Both the position numbers and the translations under genes were made by a program. A DNA stretch of 64,000 nt from an uncultured Ignavibacteria bacterium (GTDB lineage: Bacteria; Bacteroidota; Ignavibacteria; UBA10030; SZUA-254), in NCBI GenBank assembly GCA_963724215.1, contig CAVRTZ010000008.1, positions 197,651 through 261,650 of the forward strand. Reading direction: 5' to 3'. This document shows, piece after piece, positions 40,344 to 49,982 of this stretch; within the stretch, counting starts at the first letter, position 1, and each line of letters begins with the position of its first letter. Under the pieces are notes generated by a model that did no database searches, was not told where the DNA came from, and saw only the letters and a list, made by a program, of their open reading frames with translations.

Positions 40344-42823
40344 GGTTTGGGTTTGAAGAGCTTTTTCAATCCCTCGGTCGCCTTCTTCAGAGGGTCGGCG
40401 AGTTTCTTCACGGCTTCGTCCTGGAGCTTCTGTTTCAGCATGGTCTCCTGCGCCCTCGTGTCGAGCTTCAGCACCGGAGACGAGGTCTGGCCGCTCACGA
40501 GAAAATCGAGGTTCAGCCGCCCCTCCTTGTCCTTGAAGAACTGCAGCAGCTGGTCGGCGACGCCCTGGAGCCTGACCTTGTCGGAGACGGACTGCGGCAG
40601 CCGGACGTGCATCGCATAGTCCATCGAGCCGTCGAGCCCGTGCGTGCCGTTCACGGTGAAGTCGACGTCCCGCCCGCCGATCTTCAGGTCCCTGATGTTC
40701 AATCGTCCGTCGGCGACCGAGAAGCTCTGCGACCAGCTGTCGAAATCGACCTCCCTGAGGTGGTCCGCCGAGAGGAACCCGGAGAGTTTCTCGAGCAGGG
40801 GCACACCGGTGAGTTTCCCGTTGGCGATGAGCGCGCTCCCGTCGCCGGTGAGGGTCGCGGGATTGATGCCGAGGGTGTCGTCGAGGTCGCCCCTGAAGGC
40901 GGTCGTGAGCGAGAGCGTGCCGAAGAGATACCGGCCGAACGTCGTGAAGGGCGTGAGCATCGAGTTCGACTCGACCCCCTTGATGTCGAGTTTCAGGTCG
41001 AAGGGCCTCGTGTCGGGCCTGCTCAGGTCGAGCGTCCCGTCCGTCCTGATGACGCCGCCGAAGGCGTCGAGTTGCATTTCTTTCAGTCTCGCAACGCCCC
41101 CCGTCATCGAAATGCCGCCCTTCGCGTTCGTGAAGGTGAATTTCTCGGTCTTCAGCGTCCCGACCTCGATCGTCCCGGCCATGTCGATCCCCGGAAGCAT
41201 CGGCCCGCCGGACCCCTTGCCCGCGCCGCCCGCGGTCGACCCGGCGCCGGCCGAACCCGCGCCGGTCGTATCGGGCGCCGTCGAAATGTCCGCCGTGTTG
41301 AGCACCTTCGATTTCAGCGCGAAGGTGAGGAACGGCCTTGCGGCAGTCTTCTCCTCCCCGGCGAACGCGAGCGAGAGATAATTCTTCAGCGAGGCGTCGA
41401 CGAGCATGTCGGAGCCGCCGATCGCGAGCGCGACGCCCTTCATGTCCAGGACCTGGTTGTTGAACGCGACGTCGCCGTTCAGGTTCCTCACGGGCCGGGC
41501 CATCGCCGGTGTGGAATACGAGACATTCCTGAATTTCAGCGTCCCGGAAGCCCTGATCGACCGGGGATCGGAGGTTCTCCCGTCGATGGTGACGTCGCTC
41601 GCCACCGATCCGGCGAGCTCGGTCCCGGGCTCCAGCGGGTAGTATTCCCCGAGTTCGTCGAGGGCGACGTTGCCCCGGAGCGAGGCCTGCACGGCCGGGT
41701 CCCCGAAACCGGAAACATGGAGTTTGCCGGAGAGCGAATTCGCGCCGAGTGTCGCCTCGAACCGACTGATCCCGAGCTCGCCGATGCCCTTCTTCCCGAC
41801 CGGGGCGGAGGGCATCTCGAGCGTCCCGTCGAGCGCCACGCCGGTGATCGATTTCGCGAGCGACGCGTAACGCACGGTGCCCCCGGAGAGGCTGAACACG
41901 GCGTCCACTCCCGGGTTGACGTCGTCGCTGAACGGCCCGGCGATCTTCATCGAGAAGGAGACGTTGCCCGCCGCCGTCACGCCGCCGTTGTCCTTCATCA
42001 TCGCCGCCGGCAGGAGCGACAGCAGGCGCTCGACCGTGAGTTCCGGGGCGTCGACGGCGAGGTCCATCACCATGGTCTCATCCTGGAGGTCACGTATCGC
42101 GCCGGAGACGTTCAGCGGCACTCCCTTCAGCGTGAGGGTGAGGGAGGTGAAATCGAGCCGGTCGTCGGGGACGCTGTACGACAGCTCTTCGGAGGCGGTG
42201 AGGGGGATGCCTTCGAGGTACCACGATGCGCCCGTGCCGTAGCTGAACTTCCGCACGTCGCTCGTTCCGGCGATCAGGAGGGCGGCCCCGCCGGGCGCGG
42301 TCTCGACGCGCATCGTCTGGTCCAGGCCCTCGATGGTCCATCGCGAATCGGACCTCCGGTTGTGCGACTCGATCCGGCCGTCGGTGATTTCCATGCCGGC
42401 GAGGAGGAGGGCGGCCATCGGCGACCCGGAGGCCTCCTCTCCGGTTCCGGCGGCCGCCTTCGCGCCGCCTTCGGCCGAATAGTTCTTCCTCCCGTCGGCG
42501 GTGACGTCGAGATAGACGACGGGGGCCTCGAGGAGCACCCTGTCGATCTCGACGCGCCTGCCGAGCAGCGGCATCAGTCGGACGTCGATGAAGAGGCGCT
42601 TGAGGGAGAGGAAATACGGGCTCGGGAATTCCCCCCGCGCCGGGTTGGACAGGCGGAAGTCCTCGACGGTGATGCCGATCGAGGGGAAGAGCGAGAGGGA
42701 GATGCTCCCCATTTCCGCCTTCCGGTGTGTGGAAGATTCGATGCCGGGGATGATGAGGGCCTTGAGTCGGTCTTCGGTGAAGTAGAGTTTCACGGCCAGG
42801 GCGCCGATCAGCACGAGGGCCAC
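40340..42823 (-). CDS. AsmA-family outer-membrane assembly protein
   Basis: 827 aa. N-terminal TM anchor (ALVLIGALAVKLYF), a long beta-rich periplasmic region, AsmA-like C-terminal region. Confidence 0.7.
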   Translation of the reverse strand: MALVLIGALAVKLYFTEDRLKALIIPGIESSTHRKAEMGSISLSLFPSIGITVEDFRLSNPARGEFPSPYFLSLKRLFIDVRLMPLLGRRVEIDRVLLEAPVVYLDVTADGRKNYSAEGGAKAAAGTGEEASGSPMAALLLAGMEITDGRIESHNRRSDSRWTIEGLDQTMRVETAPGGAALLIAGTSDVRKFSYGTGASWYLEGIPLTASEELSYSVPDDRLDFTSLTLTLKGVPLNVSGAIRDLQDETMVMDLAVDAPELTVERLLSLLPAAMMKDNGGVTAAGNVSFSMKIAGPFSDDVNPGVDAVFSLSGGTVRYASLAKSITGVALDGTLEMPSAPVGKKGIGELGISRFEATLGANSLSGKLHVSGFGDPAVQASLRGNVALDELGEYYPLEPGTELAGSVASDVTIDGRTSDPRSIRASGTLKFRNVSYSTPAMARPVRNLNGDVAFNNQVLDMKGVALAIGGSDMLVDASLKNYLSLAFAGEEKTAARPFLTFALKSKVLNTADISTAPDTTGAGSAGAGSTAGGAGKGSGGPMLPGIDMAGTIEVGTLKTEKFTFTNAKGGISMTGGVARLKEMQLDAFGGVIRTDGTLDLSRPDTRPFDLKLDIKGVESNSMLTPFTTFGRYLFGTLSLTTAFRGDLDDTLGINPATLTGDGSALIANGKLTGVPLLEKLSGFLSADHLREVDFDSWSQSFSVADGRLNIRDLKIGGRDVDFTVNGTHGLDGSMDYAMHVRLPQSVSDKVRLQGVADQLLQFFKDKEGRLNLDFLVSGQTSSPVLKLDTRAQETMLKQKLQDEAVKKLADPLKKATEGLKKLFKPKP

Positions 42824-42952
42824 AGGGATGGCCAGGAATAATCATCCAGCGTTTCATAGTCTCCTCCGTTCCCGGAAAAAAATATATCGAAAATGGCAGT
42901 CATATCAAAGGATTGGATAAATTTCGCTTAATCTGTATATTCGACACACCCC

Positions 42953-43891
42953 ATGCCACTGTCAACCATGCCGCAGAGGAGGTTCCCCGTCGCGATCGGC
43001 GCCGTGATCGCCGCCGCCGCGCTGTGGGTCTCCGTCAACATGCAGAGCGAGTACTCGATCGTGAAGAGCGTCCCCGTGGTGTTCGAGGAGATGAAGGAGG
43101 GGAAGGCGTTCCGGTACCCGATCCCGAAGGTGATGTCGATCAGGGTCAGGGGGAGCGGCTGGGTGGTGGCGAGGCTCTTCCTCTCCCCGGACATCAAGTA
43201 TTTCATCAACCTGTCCTCCGTCTCGGCGGAACCGGCCCTCATCACGACGAAGGAGGTCCAGAACCACGTCACCCTCCCCCCGGAGGTGACGGTCGTCGAC
43301 GTCCGGCCGGAAACGCTCAGGCTGGCACTGGCCGATTACTACGAGAAGCGCGTCCCGGTCTCGCCGAGGATCGTCCTGGGGTTCCGGGAAGGGTACGGCC
43401 AGGTGGGGCCCGTGAAGGTGGAACCCGAAAGCGTCACGGTCGGCGGCACCCTCGAAAACCTCATGGGCGTGAAGAGCTGGAGCACCGATTTCAGGCGGTA
43501 CGACGGGGTGCACGCACCGATCGACGAGGAAGTGCCGCTCGAGGCCCTCCCGAACTTTGCGGTCGCCGTCCCGGTGAGGAGCGCCCGCGTGCGCGTCAAT
43601 GTCGAACCCTTCGCCGAAAAGCTCTTCGCCGGAATCCCGGTGACCGTGCTTTCCGTGCCACCGGGGAGGGAAGTGATCCTCATCCCCCCGCGCCTCGACG
43701 TCGTCGCGCGCGGGGGCATCGAACAGCTGGCGGCGATATCGGGCGACCGGTTTTCGGCCTCGGTGGAGTACGCCGTGCTCGAGCAGGATTCGACCGGGTT
43801 CGTCGTGCCCGGGCTGATCGTCCCCGAGGGCGTCCGGGTCGTCGAGCGCAAACCGGAACGGTTCCAGTTCATCATCAGGAAAAAACTCTGA
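42953..43891 (+). CDS. YbbR-like domain protein (CdaR-type)
   Basis: 312 aa. N-terminal TM (FPVAIGAVIAAAALWV), followed by repeated YbbR-like beta modules. Confidence 0.65.
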   Translation: MPLSTMPQRRFPVAIGAVIAAAALWVSVNMQSEYSIVKSVPVVFEEMKEGKAFRYPIPKVMSIRVRGSGWVVARLFLSPDIKYFINLSSVSAEPALITTKEVQNHVTLPPEVTVVDVRPETLRLALADYYEKRVPVSPRIVLGFREGYGQVGPVKVEPESVTVGGTLENLMGVKSWSTDFRRYDGVHAPIDEEVPLEALPNFAVAVPVRSARVRVNVEPFAEKLFAGIPVTVLSVPPGREVILIPPRLDVVARGGIEQLAAISGDRFSASVEYAVLEQDSTGFVVPGLIVPEGVRVVERKPERFQFIIRKKL

Positions 43892-44616
43892 GACTCGCGA
43901 TCAATATCGACCACGTCGCCACGGTGAGGAACGCCCGCGGCGGCGCGGATCCCGATCCGGTGACGGCCGCGCTCGCCGCCGAGCGGGCCGGGGCCGTCGG
44001 CATCGTCTGCCACCTCCGGGAGGACCGCCGCCACGTCGTGGACGACGACGTGAAGCGCCTGCGCGACAGCGTGACGACGAAACTCGACCTCGAGATGGCC
44101 GCGACGCCGGAGATCATCGCCGTCGCGCGGCGCGTCAGGCCGGAGCTCGCGACGCTGGTGCCGGAGCGCCGGCGGGAACTCACCACCGAGGGGGGACTCG
44201 ACGTCGCGCGGTACGCGCGGAAGGTCCGTTCGGCCGTGGACCGTCTCCACGACCGCGGCATCGCGGTGAGCCTGTTCGTCGACCCGGTCCGGGAGCAGAT
44301 CGAGGCGTCCCGCGAGACGGGGGCGGACATGATCGAGATCCACACGGGGGAATACGCCGACGAACGGAACGCGCAGCGCAGGAGGAAGTTGCTGGCGGTC
44401 GTCCGCGCCGCGGCCGTCCACGCGAGGTCGCTCGGCCTCGGCGTCAACGCCGGCCACGGGCTGAATTACCTGAACATCGCGCCGATCGCGCGCATCGCGG
44501 AAATCGAGGAAGTGAGCATCGGGCACGCGGTGATCGCGAGGGCCCTCGGGACGGGCATGGAACGGGCGGTGCGGGAAATGGCGCGGTTGATCAGGAATGC
44601 GGCACTCCGGAAGTGA
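43888..44616 (+). CDS. pdxJ: Pyridoxine 5'-phosphate synthase (no canonical start codon)
   Basis: LRLAINIDHVATVRNARGG.. conserved PdxJ N-terminus. The frame has no ATG/GTG/TTG upstream of NIDH. A CTG at ~43888 overlaps the ybbR stop as CTGA. Confidence 0.8.
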   Translation: MRLAINIDHVATVRNARGGADPDPVTAALAAERAGAVGIVCHLREDRRHVVDDDVKRLRDSVTTKLDLEMAATPEIIAVARRVRPELATLVPERRRELTTEGGLDVARYARKVRSAVDRLHDRGIAVSLFVDPVREQIEASRETGADMIEIHTGEYADERNAQRRRKLLAVVRAAAVHARSLGLGVNAGHGLNYLNIAPIARIAEIEEVSIGHAVIARALGTGMERAVREMARLIRNAALRK

Positions 44617-44688
44617 CTCGGCGCGGGGCGGCGGCCGCGGGCCGGGCGGGTTGGGCGGGCCGGGCGGGCTCGGATTGACGGGCTCCGA

Positions 44689-45268
44689 TTACTGGCTTTG
44701 CTCGATCCTCCTGATGTCGTCCCTCAGCTGGGCGGCCTTCTCGTAATCCTCCCTCTCCACGGCTTCCTTCAGCTGGCCGCGCAGCGCTTCGAGTTTCGAG
44801 ACCTTTCCTTCCTTGCCGGGCGGCGGCGCGACGGCCGCGGTCGCCCCTTCCGCGTTCTCCTGTTCTTCGTTCTCCGGGAGGAACCCCGCCTCGTCCATCA
44901 CCTTGTCGACCACGAAGATCGGGGCGCCGAACCGTCACGGCCAGCGCGATCGCGTCGCTCGGCCGGGCGTCGATCTCCTGGGTGTCGAAGATCAGCCGCG
45001 CGAAGAACGTGCCGTCCTTGAGTTCGCTGATGGTGATCTCGGAGAGATCGCTCCCGAGCGATTCGAGGATGTTCTTCATCAGGTCGTGGGTGAGCGGCCG
45101 GGGGGGCTTGATCCCCTCCATCTCGAGGGCGATCGACTGCGCCTCGAACGCCCCGATGATGATCGGCAGGCGCCGGTTGCCGTTGACTTCCTTCAAAATG
45201 AGGGCGTAGGCGCCGCCCGATGCCGGGCTCGTCGAGAGCCCCAGTATGTCGACCTGAATTTTTTCCAC
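44689..45268 (-). CDS. Bifunctional nuclease (BFN/DUF151) with a C-terminal UVR domain, apparent frameshift
   Basis: N-terminal part ORF 44591..45268 (MEKIQVDILGL..ARPSDAIALAVT). C-terminal part ORF 44689..44913 in another frame (FGAPIFVVDKVMDEAGF..UVR motif LRDDIRRIEQ). A single extra base lies at ~44924. Confidence 0.7.
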
Positions 45269-45277
45269 GCTGCCTTC

Positions 45278-46252
45278 TTACTTCCCGAGAGTCTTTTTGA
45301 GTTCGCCGGTGAGCGCCGGGAGGATTTCGAAGACGTCCCCGACGATGCCGTAGTCCGCGACCTGGAAGATCGGGGCGTCCTTGTCCTTGTTGATCGCGAC
45401 AATATACTTAGAACTCGACATACCCGCAAGGTGCTGGACGGCGCCGGAAATGCCGCACGCGATGTAGAGCGACGGGGAGACGGTCTTGCCGGTCTGTCCG
45501 ACCTGTTCGTCGTGGGGCCGCCATCCCGCGTCGACCACCGCCCGCGAGGCGCCGACCGCGCCGCCGAGGGCGTCGGCGAGTTCCTCGACGAGCCTGAAAT
45601 GCTCGGGGCCCTTGAGCCCGCGGCCGCCGGAGACGACGATCGCCGCTTCGGTCACGTCGGGCCGCCCCTCCGAGACCTTCACGGAGGTGACCTTCGACGC
45701 GAAATCCGCGTCGGACAGCGCCGGTTTCACGCTCTCGACCGCAGGCGGGGCTCCGTCGCCGGCCGCGGCGGTGAAGACGTTGGGGCGGAGCGAGAAGATC
45801 TTCACCGGCGTCGTGACCTTCACGTCCACGAGGGCCTTCCCCGCGTACACGGGGCGCGTGGCGACGATGTCGCCGTTTTCGATCCGGAATGCCGTGCAGT
45901 CCGCGGCCATCGCCGCGCCGAGCCTCGCCGAGACCCTCGGGGCCATGTCCTTGCCCATCTGGCTCGCGGGGAAGAAGATCACCGCGGGAGACTCCTTCGC
46001 GGCGACATCGGAGAAGACCTTCGAGTACGCGGTCGTGGAGTACCACGCCAGGCGGTCGTCCTCGACGGCGACGACCCTCGTCGCCCCGTAGGCGCCCAGC
46101 GCCGGCGCGATGGAGGAAACGTTTTTCCCGATGACGACGGCGGTCAGCGTGGCGCCGAGCCCGTCGGCCGCGGCGCGCGCGGCCTGGACCACCTCGTAGG
46201 CGCATTTCTTGAATTTGCCGTCCCTCTGTTCAGCGAATGCCAGGATGTGCAT
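45278..46252 (-). CDS. etfA: Electron transfer flavoprotein subunit alpha
   Basis: 324 aa. FAD-binding C-terminal region (..[16 protein letters not shown]..). Confidence 0.9.
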   Translation of the reverse strand: MHILAFAEQRDGKFKKCAYEVVQAARAAADGLGATLTAVVIGKNVSSIAPALGAYGATRVVAVEDDRLAWYSTTAYSKVFSDVAAKESPAVIFFPASQMGKDMAPRVSARLGAAMAADCTAFRIENGDIVATRPVYAGKALVDVKVTTPVKIFSLRPNVFTAAAGDGAPPAVESVKPALSDADFASKVTSVKVSEGRPDVTEAAIVVSGGRGLKGPEHFRLVEELADALGGAVGASRAVVDAGWRPHDEQVGQTGKTVSPSLYIACGISGAVQHLAGMSSSKYIVAINKDKDAPIFQVADYGIVGDVFEILPALTGELKKTLGK

Positions 46253-46333
46253 GTCGGATGCCTGTCGGATGTCGGTTATGGGATATTCAGTCTGGGCGCG
46301 GGGGCGCGGACCGCCCGCCGGTTTCGCCGACGG

Positions 46334-47080
46334 TCAGATGACTTTCGCTTCCTGCTGCAGCAGGCGCACGAGTTCGGGGACGGCCGCGGCGTCGGTGCCG
46401 ACGATCTTTCCGGCCGCCTTCGCCGCCGGTTTCGCCATGGAGATCACCTCGACGCCGGCGGGGAACGGTTTCGCCGCGCGCTCCTCGATCGGCTTCGTCT
46501 TCGCGGCCATGATCCCCTTCAACGAGGGATAGCGCGGCTCGTTCAGGCCCTTCTGAGCGGAGATGACCGCCGGGAAGGAGGTCTCGACCACCTCGTGGCC
46601 CCCCTCGATCTCCCGCTCGCAGACGAGCTTTCCGTCCTTCGCCTCCATCTTCACGACGACGGAGACCGACGGCCAGCCGAGGTATTCAGCGACGAGCCCG
46701 GGGAGCTGTTCGTTGTAGTAGTCGATCGACTGGCGGCCGAAGAGGACGCAGTCGGGCTTCATTTCCTTCAACTCTTCGGCGATGGCGCGCGCGACCGAGA
46801 ACGAGTCGCGGACAGTGTCGTCCTTCAGGAGCACGGCCTTCTCGACGCCCATCGCGAGCGCCTTGCGGAGCGTCTCTTTGTTGACGTCGGGGCCGAGCGA
46901 CAGCGCGATGGTCTCGCCGCCGAACTGTTCCTTGAGTTTCAGCGCCGCCTCGATGGCGAACTCGTCGAAGGGGTTCAGCATGAAGTTGACGCCGGTCTTG
47001 TCGATGGTTTTTCCGTCGGCGCCGACCCTGACCTTGGTCTCGGTGTCGGGGACGTGGTTGACGCAGGCAATTATTTTCAT
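46334..47080 (-). CDS. etfB: Electron transfer flavoprotein subunit beta
   Basis: 248 aa, MKIIACVNHVPDTETKVRV.. which is a typical EtfB. Confidence 0.9.
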   Translation of the reverse strand: MKIIACVNHVPDTETKVRVGADGKTIDKTGVNFMLNPFDEFAIEAALKLKEQFGGETIALSLGPDVNKETLRKALAMGVEKAVLLKDDTVRDSFSVARAIAEELKEMKPDCVLFGRQSIDYYNEQLPGLVAEYLGWPSVSVVVKMEAKDGKLVCEREIEGGHEVVETSFPAVISAQKGLNEPRYPSLKGIMAAKTKPIEERAAKPFPAGVEVISMAKPAAKAAGKIVGTDAAAVPELVRLLQQEAKVI

Positions 47081-47252
47081 TTCGGTCCGGGGTGAATGAT
47101 GGCGATTGACGGCGGCAGGCTCGTTTTCCGGTGAAATATAGGGACAATCGGGTAGAAAGGCAAGAATCGGTATTGCAACTGCCGGGCCATTTCGCTAAAT
47201 TTTTTTCATGAACGGACGCGCCTCACCCATCATCATCCCGGACAGACCACCC

Positions 47253-48268
47253 ATGACAGAGTCGACGAAATTCATGACCCTCGAGCGGTTCATCAACGAG
47301 GGGGAGGAAATGCACCCCGGCGCGACCGGCGAATTTTCCGGCCTGCTGCACGACCTCTCGCTGGCGGCGAAGCTGGTCTGGCGCGAAGTGAGTAAAGCGG
47401 GACTCGTCAACGTCATGGGGTCGACCGACCGGATGAACGTGAGCGGCGACGTGGTGAGGAAACTCGACGTGTTCGCCGACGAGACGATCTTCAAGGCGAT
47501 GGACCACGGCGGGCACATCTGCGTGATGGCTTCGGAGGAGAACGAGGACATCCTCCACATCCCGGACCGCTACAAGGCGGGGAAGTACGTCCTGCTGTAC
47601 GACCCGCTCGACGGCTCCTCCAACATCGACGCGAACATCACGATCGGTTCGATCTTCAGCATCTTCAGGCGGGTCAGCGACGGCGACGGAAAGGGGACGC
47701 TCGCCGACTGCCTCCAGCCGGGGTACAAACAGGTCGCCGCGGGCTACGTCATCTACGGCTCCAGCACGATGTTCGTCTATTCGACCGGGCACGGCGTGCA
47801 CGGCTTCACGCTCGATCCCGTCGGTCGGGGAATTCCTCCTGTCGCACGAGAACATCCGGATCCCGTCGAAGGGAAAAATCTACAGCCTCAACGAGGGGAA
47901 CTTCTCGAACTGGGACCCGGGGATGCAGAAGTACATCCAGTACCTGAAGGAGCAGGACAAGCCCACCGGCCGGCCCTACTCGCTCCGGTACATCGGGACG
48001 ATGGTGGCGGACGCCCACCGCACGCTCCTCTACGGGGGCATCTTCGCCTACCCGGGCGACCTGAATAATCCCGAAGGAAAGCTTCGACTGATGTACGAAT
48101 GCAACCCGATGGCCTACATCTTCGACCAGGCGGGCGGAAAATCGAGCGACGGGAAACAGAGCATCCTGAACGTCCAGCCGACATCGCTCCACCAGCGGAC
48201 GCCGGTGTTCCTCGGGAGCTCCGAGGACATCGACACCTGTCGAGATGTTTCTGAACGGGGGAAAATAA
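47253..48268 (+). CDS. fbp: Fructose-1,6-bisphosphatase class 1, two apparent frameshifts
   Basis: DPLDGSSNID metal motif. The N-terminal part (ORF 47208..48068) loses sense after GFTLDP at ~47819. The C-terminal part (ORF 47923..48435: ..KLRLMYECNPMAYIFDQAGG..) resumes in another frame. A likely true C-terminus ..PVEMFLNGGK* at ~48268 sits in a third frame, directly before a hairpin. The start is at the internal Met (MTESTKFMTLERFI). Confidence 0.75.
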
Positions 48269-48300
48269 AAACAGCCCGGGGGGACGGGCTGTTTCGCGTT
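48268..48300. terminator. Terminator hairpin between convergent fbp and the DUF4139 gene
   Basis: AAAACAGCCCG-GGGGGA-CGGGCTGTTTCGCGTT: 7-bp stem, short loop, T-rich tail. Confidence 0.5.
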
Positions 48301-48376
48301 CTCTCAGGTCCCGAAACCCCGCCGTCACCGGCGGGCGGGCATCGCCGGTTTCAGTGGCCCGTGACCTGCGGACCTC

Positions 48377-49849
48377 TCACCACGAATACCGGATCGTGTA
48401 CGTCACGGTCGCCTCGCCGTCCTTCGCCACGGTGACCGGGAAGCGGATCGTGGACTGGTCCACCTTCTCGAACTCCGACGACTTCTTCGTGATCTCCCAC
48501 TCGTTCCACCGCCAGGGGTGCTCGTAGACCTGCACGGTCACCTGCTCGTCCTTGTGGTTGCGGACCTTGATCTGGATCGTCTCCTCGACCACCCTGCCGG
48601 AAGCCATCGACTTGAAGTCGATCTGCGCCCGTTCGCCCACGATGTCGAAGGCGTTCCCGAGGTAGAGCCGGACCTCCTCGTCCTTCGGCGTGTGGTCGAT
48701 CCTGTCCTCGCCGACGAACTGTTCCTTCCCGTCATCGTCGAGCTTGTACACGCGCACCTTCCCCTTCGGGAGGGGAATCCCGAGCGCCGACTTCTCGTCG
48801 TTCCGGAACGTCACGTACGTCCCGACCTTGGTGTTCGACACCTCGCCGAAGGACTGCTGGTTCCGGTAGGAGTGGTTGTTCCACCAGTAGCGCCACTGGT
48901 CGGCGACACCGTCATAGATGAACATCTTTTTCGCCGCGACGTCACGGCCGGAGACCAGCTCGATCTGCTTCGTCTCGTTCGCGTTCAGGTCGGTTTTCCG
49001 CTGGAGGGTGTACAGCTTGTACTCGAAGAGCTCCGATTGCGCGAACTGCGGGGCAGCCGCCTCGGCCATGCTGCTCTTCATCATCCTGCCGTTGAGGGCC
49101 ATCGCATCCGTCACCACGTTCACGTCGCCGGCCACGAGCTTCAGCCCCGCGTTCGGGAACGCCGTACCGGAATTGTTCGTGAGCGTCACCCATCCGGTCA
49201 GGTCGAGCTCGTCGTCGCTCTTCGACAGGAGCGCGACGTAGTCTGCGCTCCAGGAGAGGCCCCCGGCGAGGTAGCTGAGTTCGATCCTGTGGCTGCCGGC
49301 CTTCGAGTTGTCGACCATCCATCGCAGGCGCGGCTTCAGGATGAGTCCCTCCGGGAGCGACGGCAGCACCATCCTCCCCGCCGGGTCCATCTCGACCTTG
49401 CCGTTGATTTCCGCCACGACGCCGCCCCTTCCGCCGAACCCCGCGGCGAGCAGTTTTCCCTTGACGGTGTATTCCTGCTTCGTCTCCTCGTTGAGCCGGA
49501 CGAATTCGATCTCCTTCCCGAGATATTTCTCGAGGAGCTTCGCCTGGCTCACGAGGTCGTACTGGTAGTTCTGCTCGAGGATGCGCACGCCGGTCGGGTC
49601 GAGGACGCTCCTGAAATGGAGCGACGTCCCGTCGATCGTCGCCGGGATGTCGGGGACGACGACGTGGTTGACGCCGGCCGCGAGCGTCACCGTCCGCTCC
49701 TCCCTGATGAGCGAAAGGTTCTGGTTGTAGACCGTCAGGTCGACCGAGGCGCGGTTGCCCGCGGTGGCGTCGGGCGTCTGCGCCGTGAGCGCGCCCGACA
49801 CGCCGACGATGGTGAACGCCGCTGCGGCGGCGCGAAGGAAGCTGTTCAT
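48377..49849 (-). CDS. Secreted DUF4139/DUF4140-like protein (MuiA-like)
   Basis: 490 aa. Signal peptide MNSFLRAAAAAFTIVGVSGALTAQ. Beta-rich. The family assignment is from memory of the domain architecture. Confidence 0.6.
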   Translation of the reverse strand: MNSFLRAAAAAFTIVGVSGALTAQTPDATAGNRASVDLTVYNQNLSLIREERTVTLAAGVNHVVVPDIPATIDGTSLHFRSVLDPTGVRILEQNYQYDLVSQAKLLEKYLGKEIEFVRLNEETKQEYTVKGKLLAAGFGGRGGVVAEINGKVEMDPAGRMVLPSLPEGLILKPRLRWMVDNSKAGSHRIELSYLAGGLSWSADYVALLSKSDDELDLTGWVTLTNNSGTAFPNAGLKLVAGDVNVVTDAMALNGRMMKSSMAEAAAPQFAQSELFEYKLYTLQRKTDLNANETKQIELVSGRDVAAKKMFIYDGVADQWRYWWNNHSYRNQQSFGEVSNTKVGTYVTFRNDEKSALGIPLPKGKVRVYKLDDDGKEQFVGEDRIDHTPKDEEVRLYLGNAFDIVGERAQIDFKSMASGRVVEETIQIKVRNHKDEQVTVQVYEHPWRWNEWEITKKSSEFEKVDQSTIRFPVTVAKDGEATVTYTIRYSW

Positions 49850-49982
49850 AGTGGCCTCATGAGATGATTGTCCGTCTTTCTTCTACTCCTGCGCAAGCTC
49901 AAATGTTCCCGCCCGCCCCGCGTCCCGCCCGCCGGCCTGCCGGCCCACCCGGCCTGCACGGCCCGACCCGGGTCCGCGCCCT

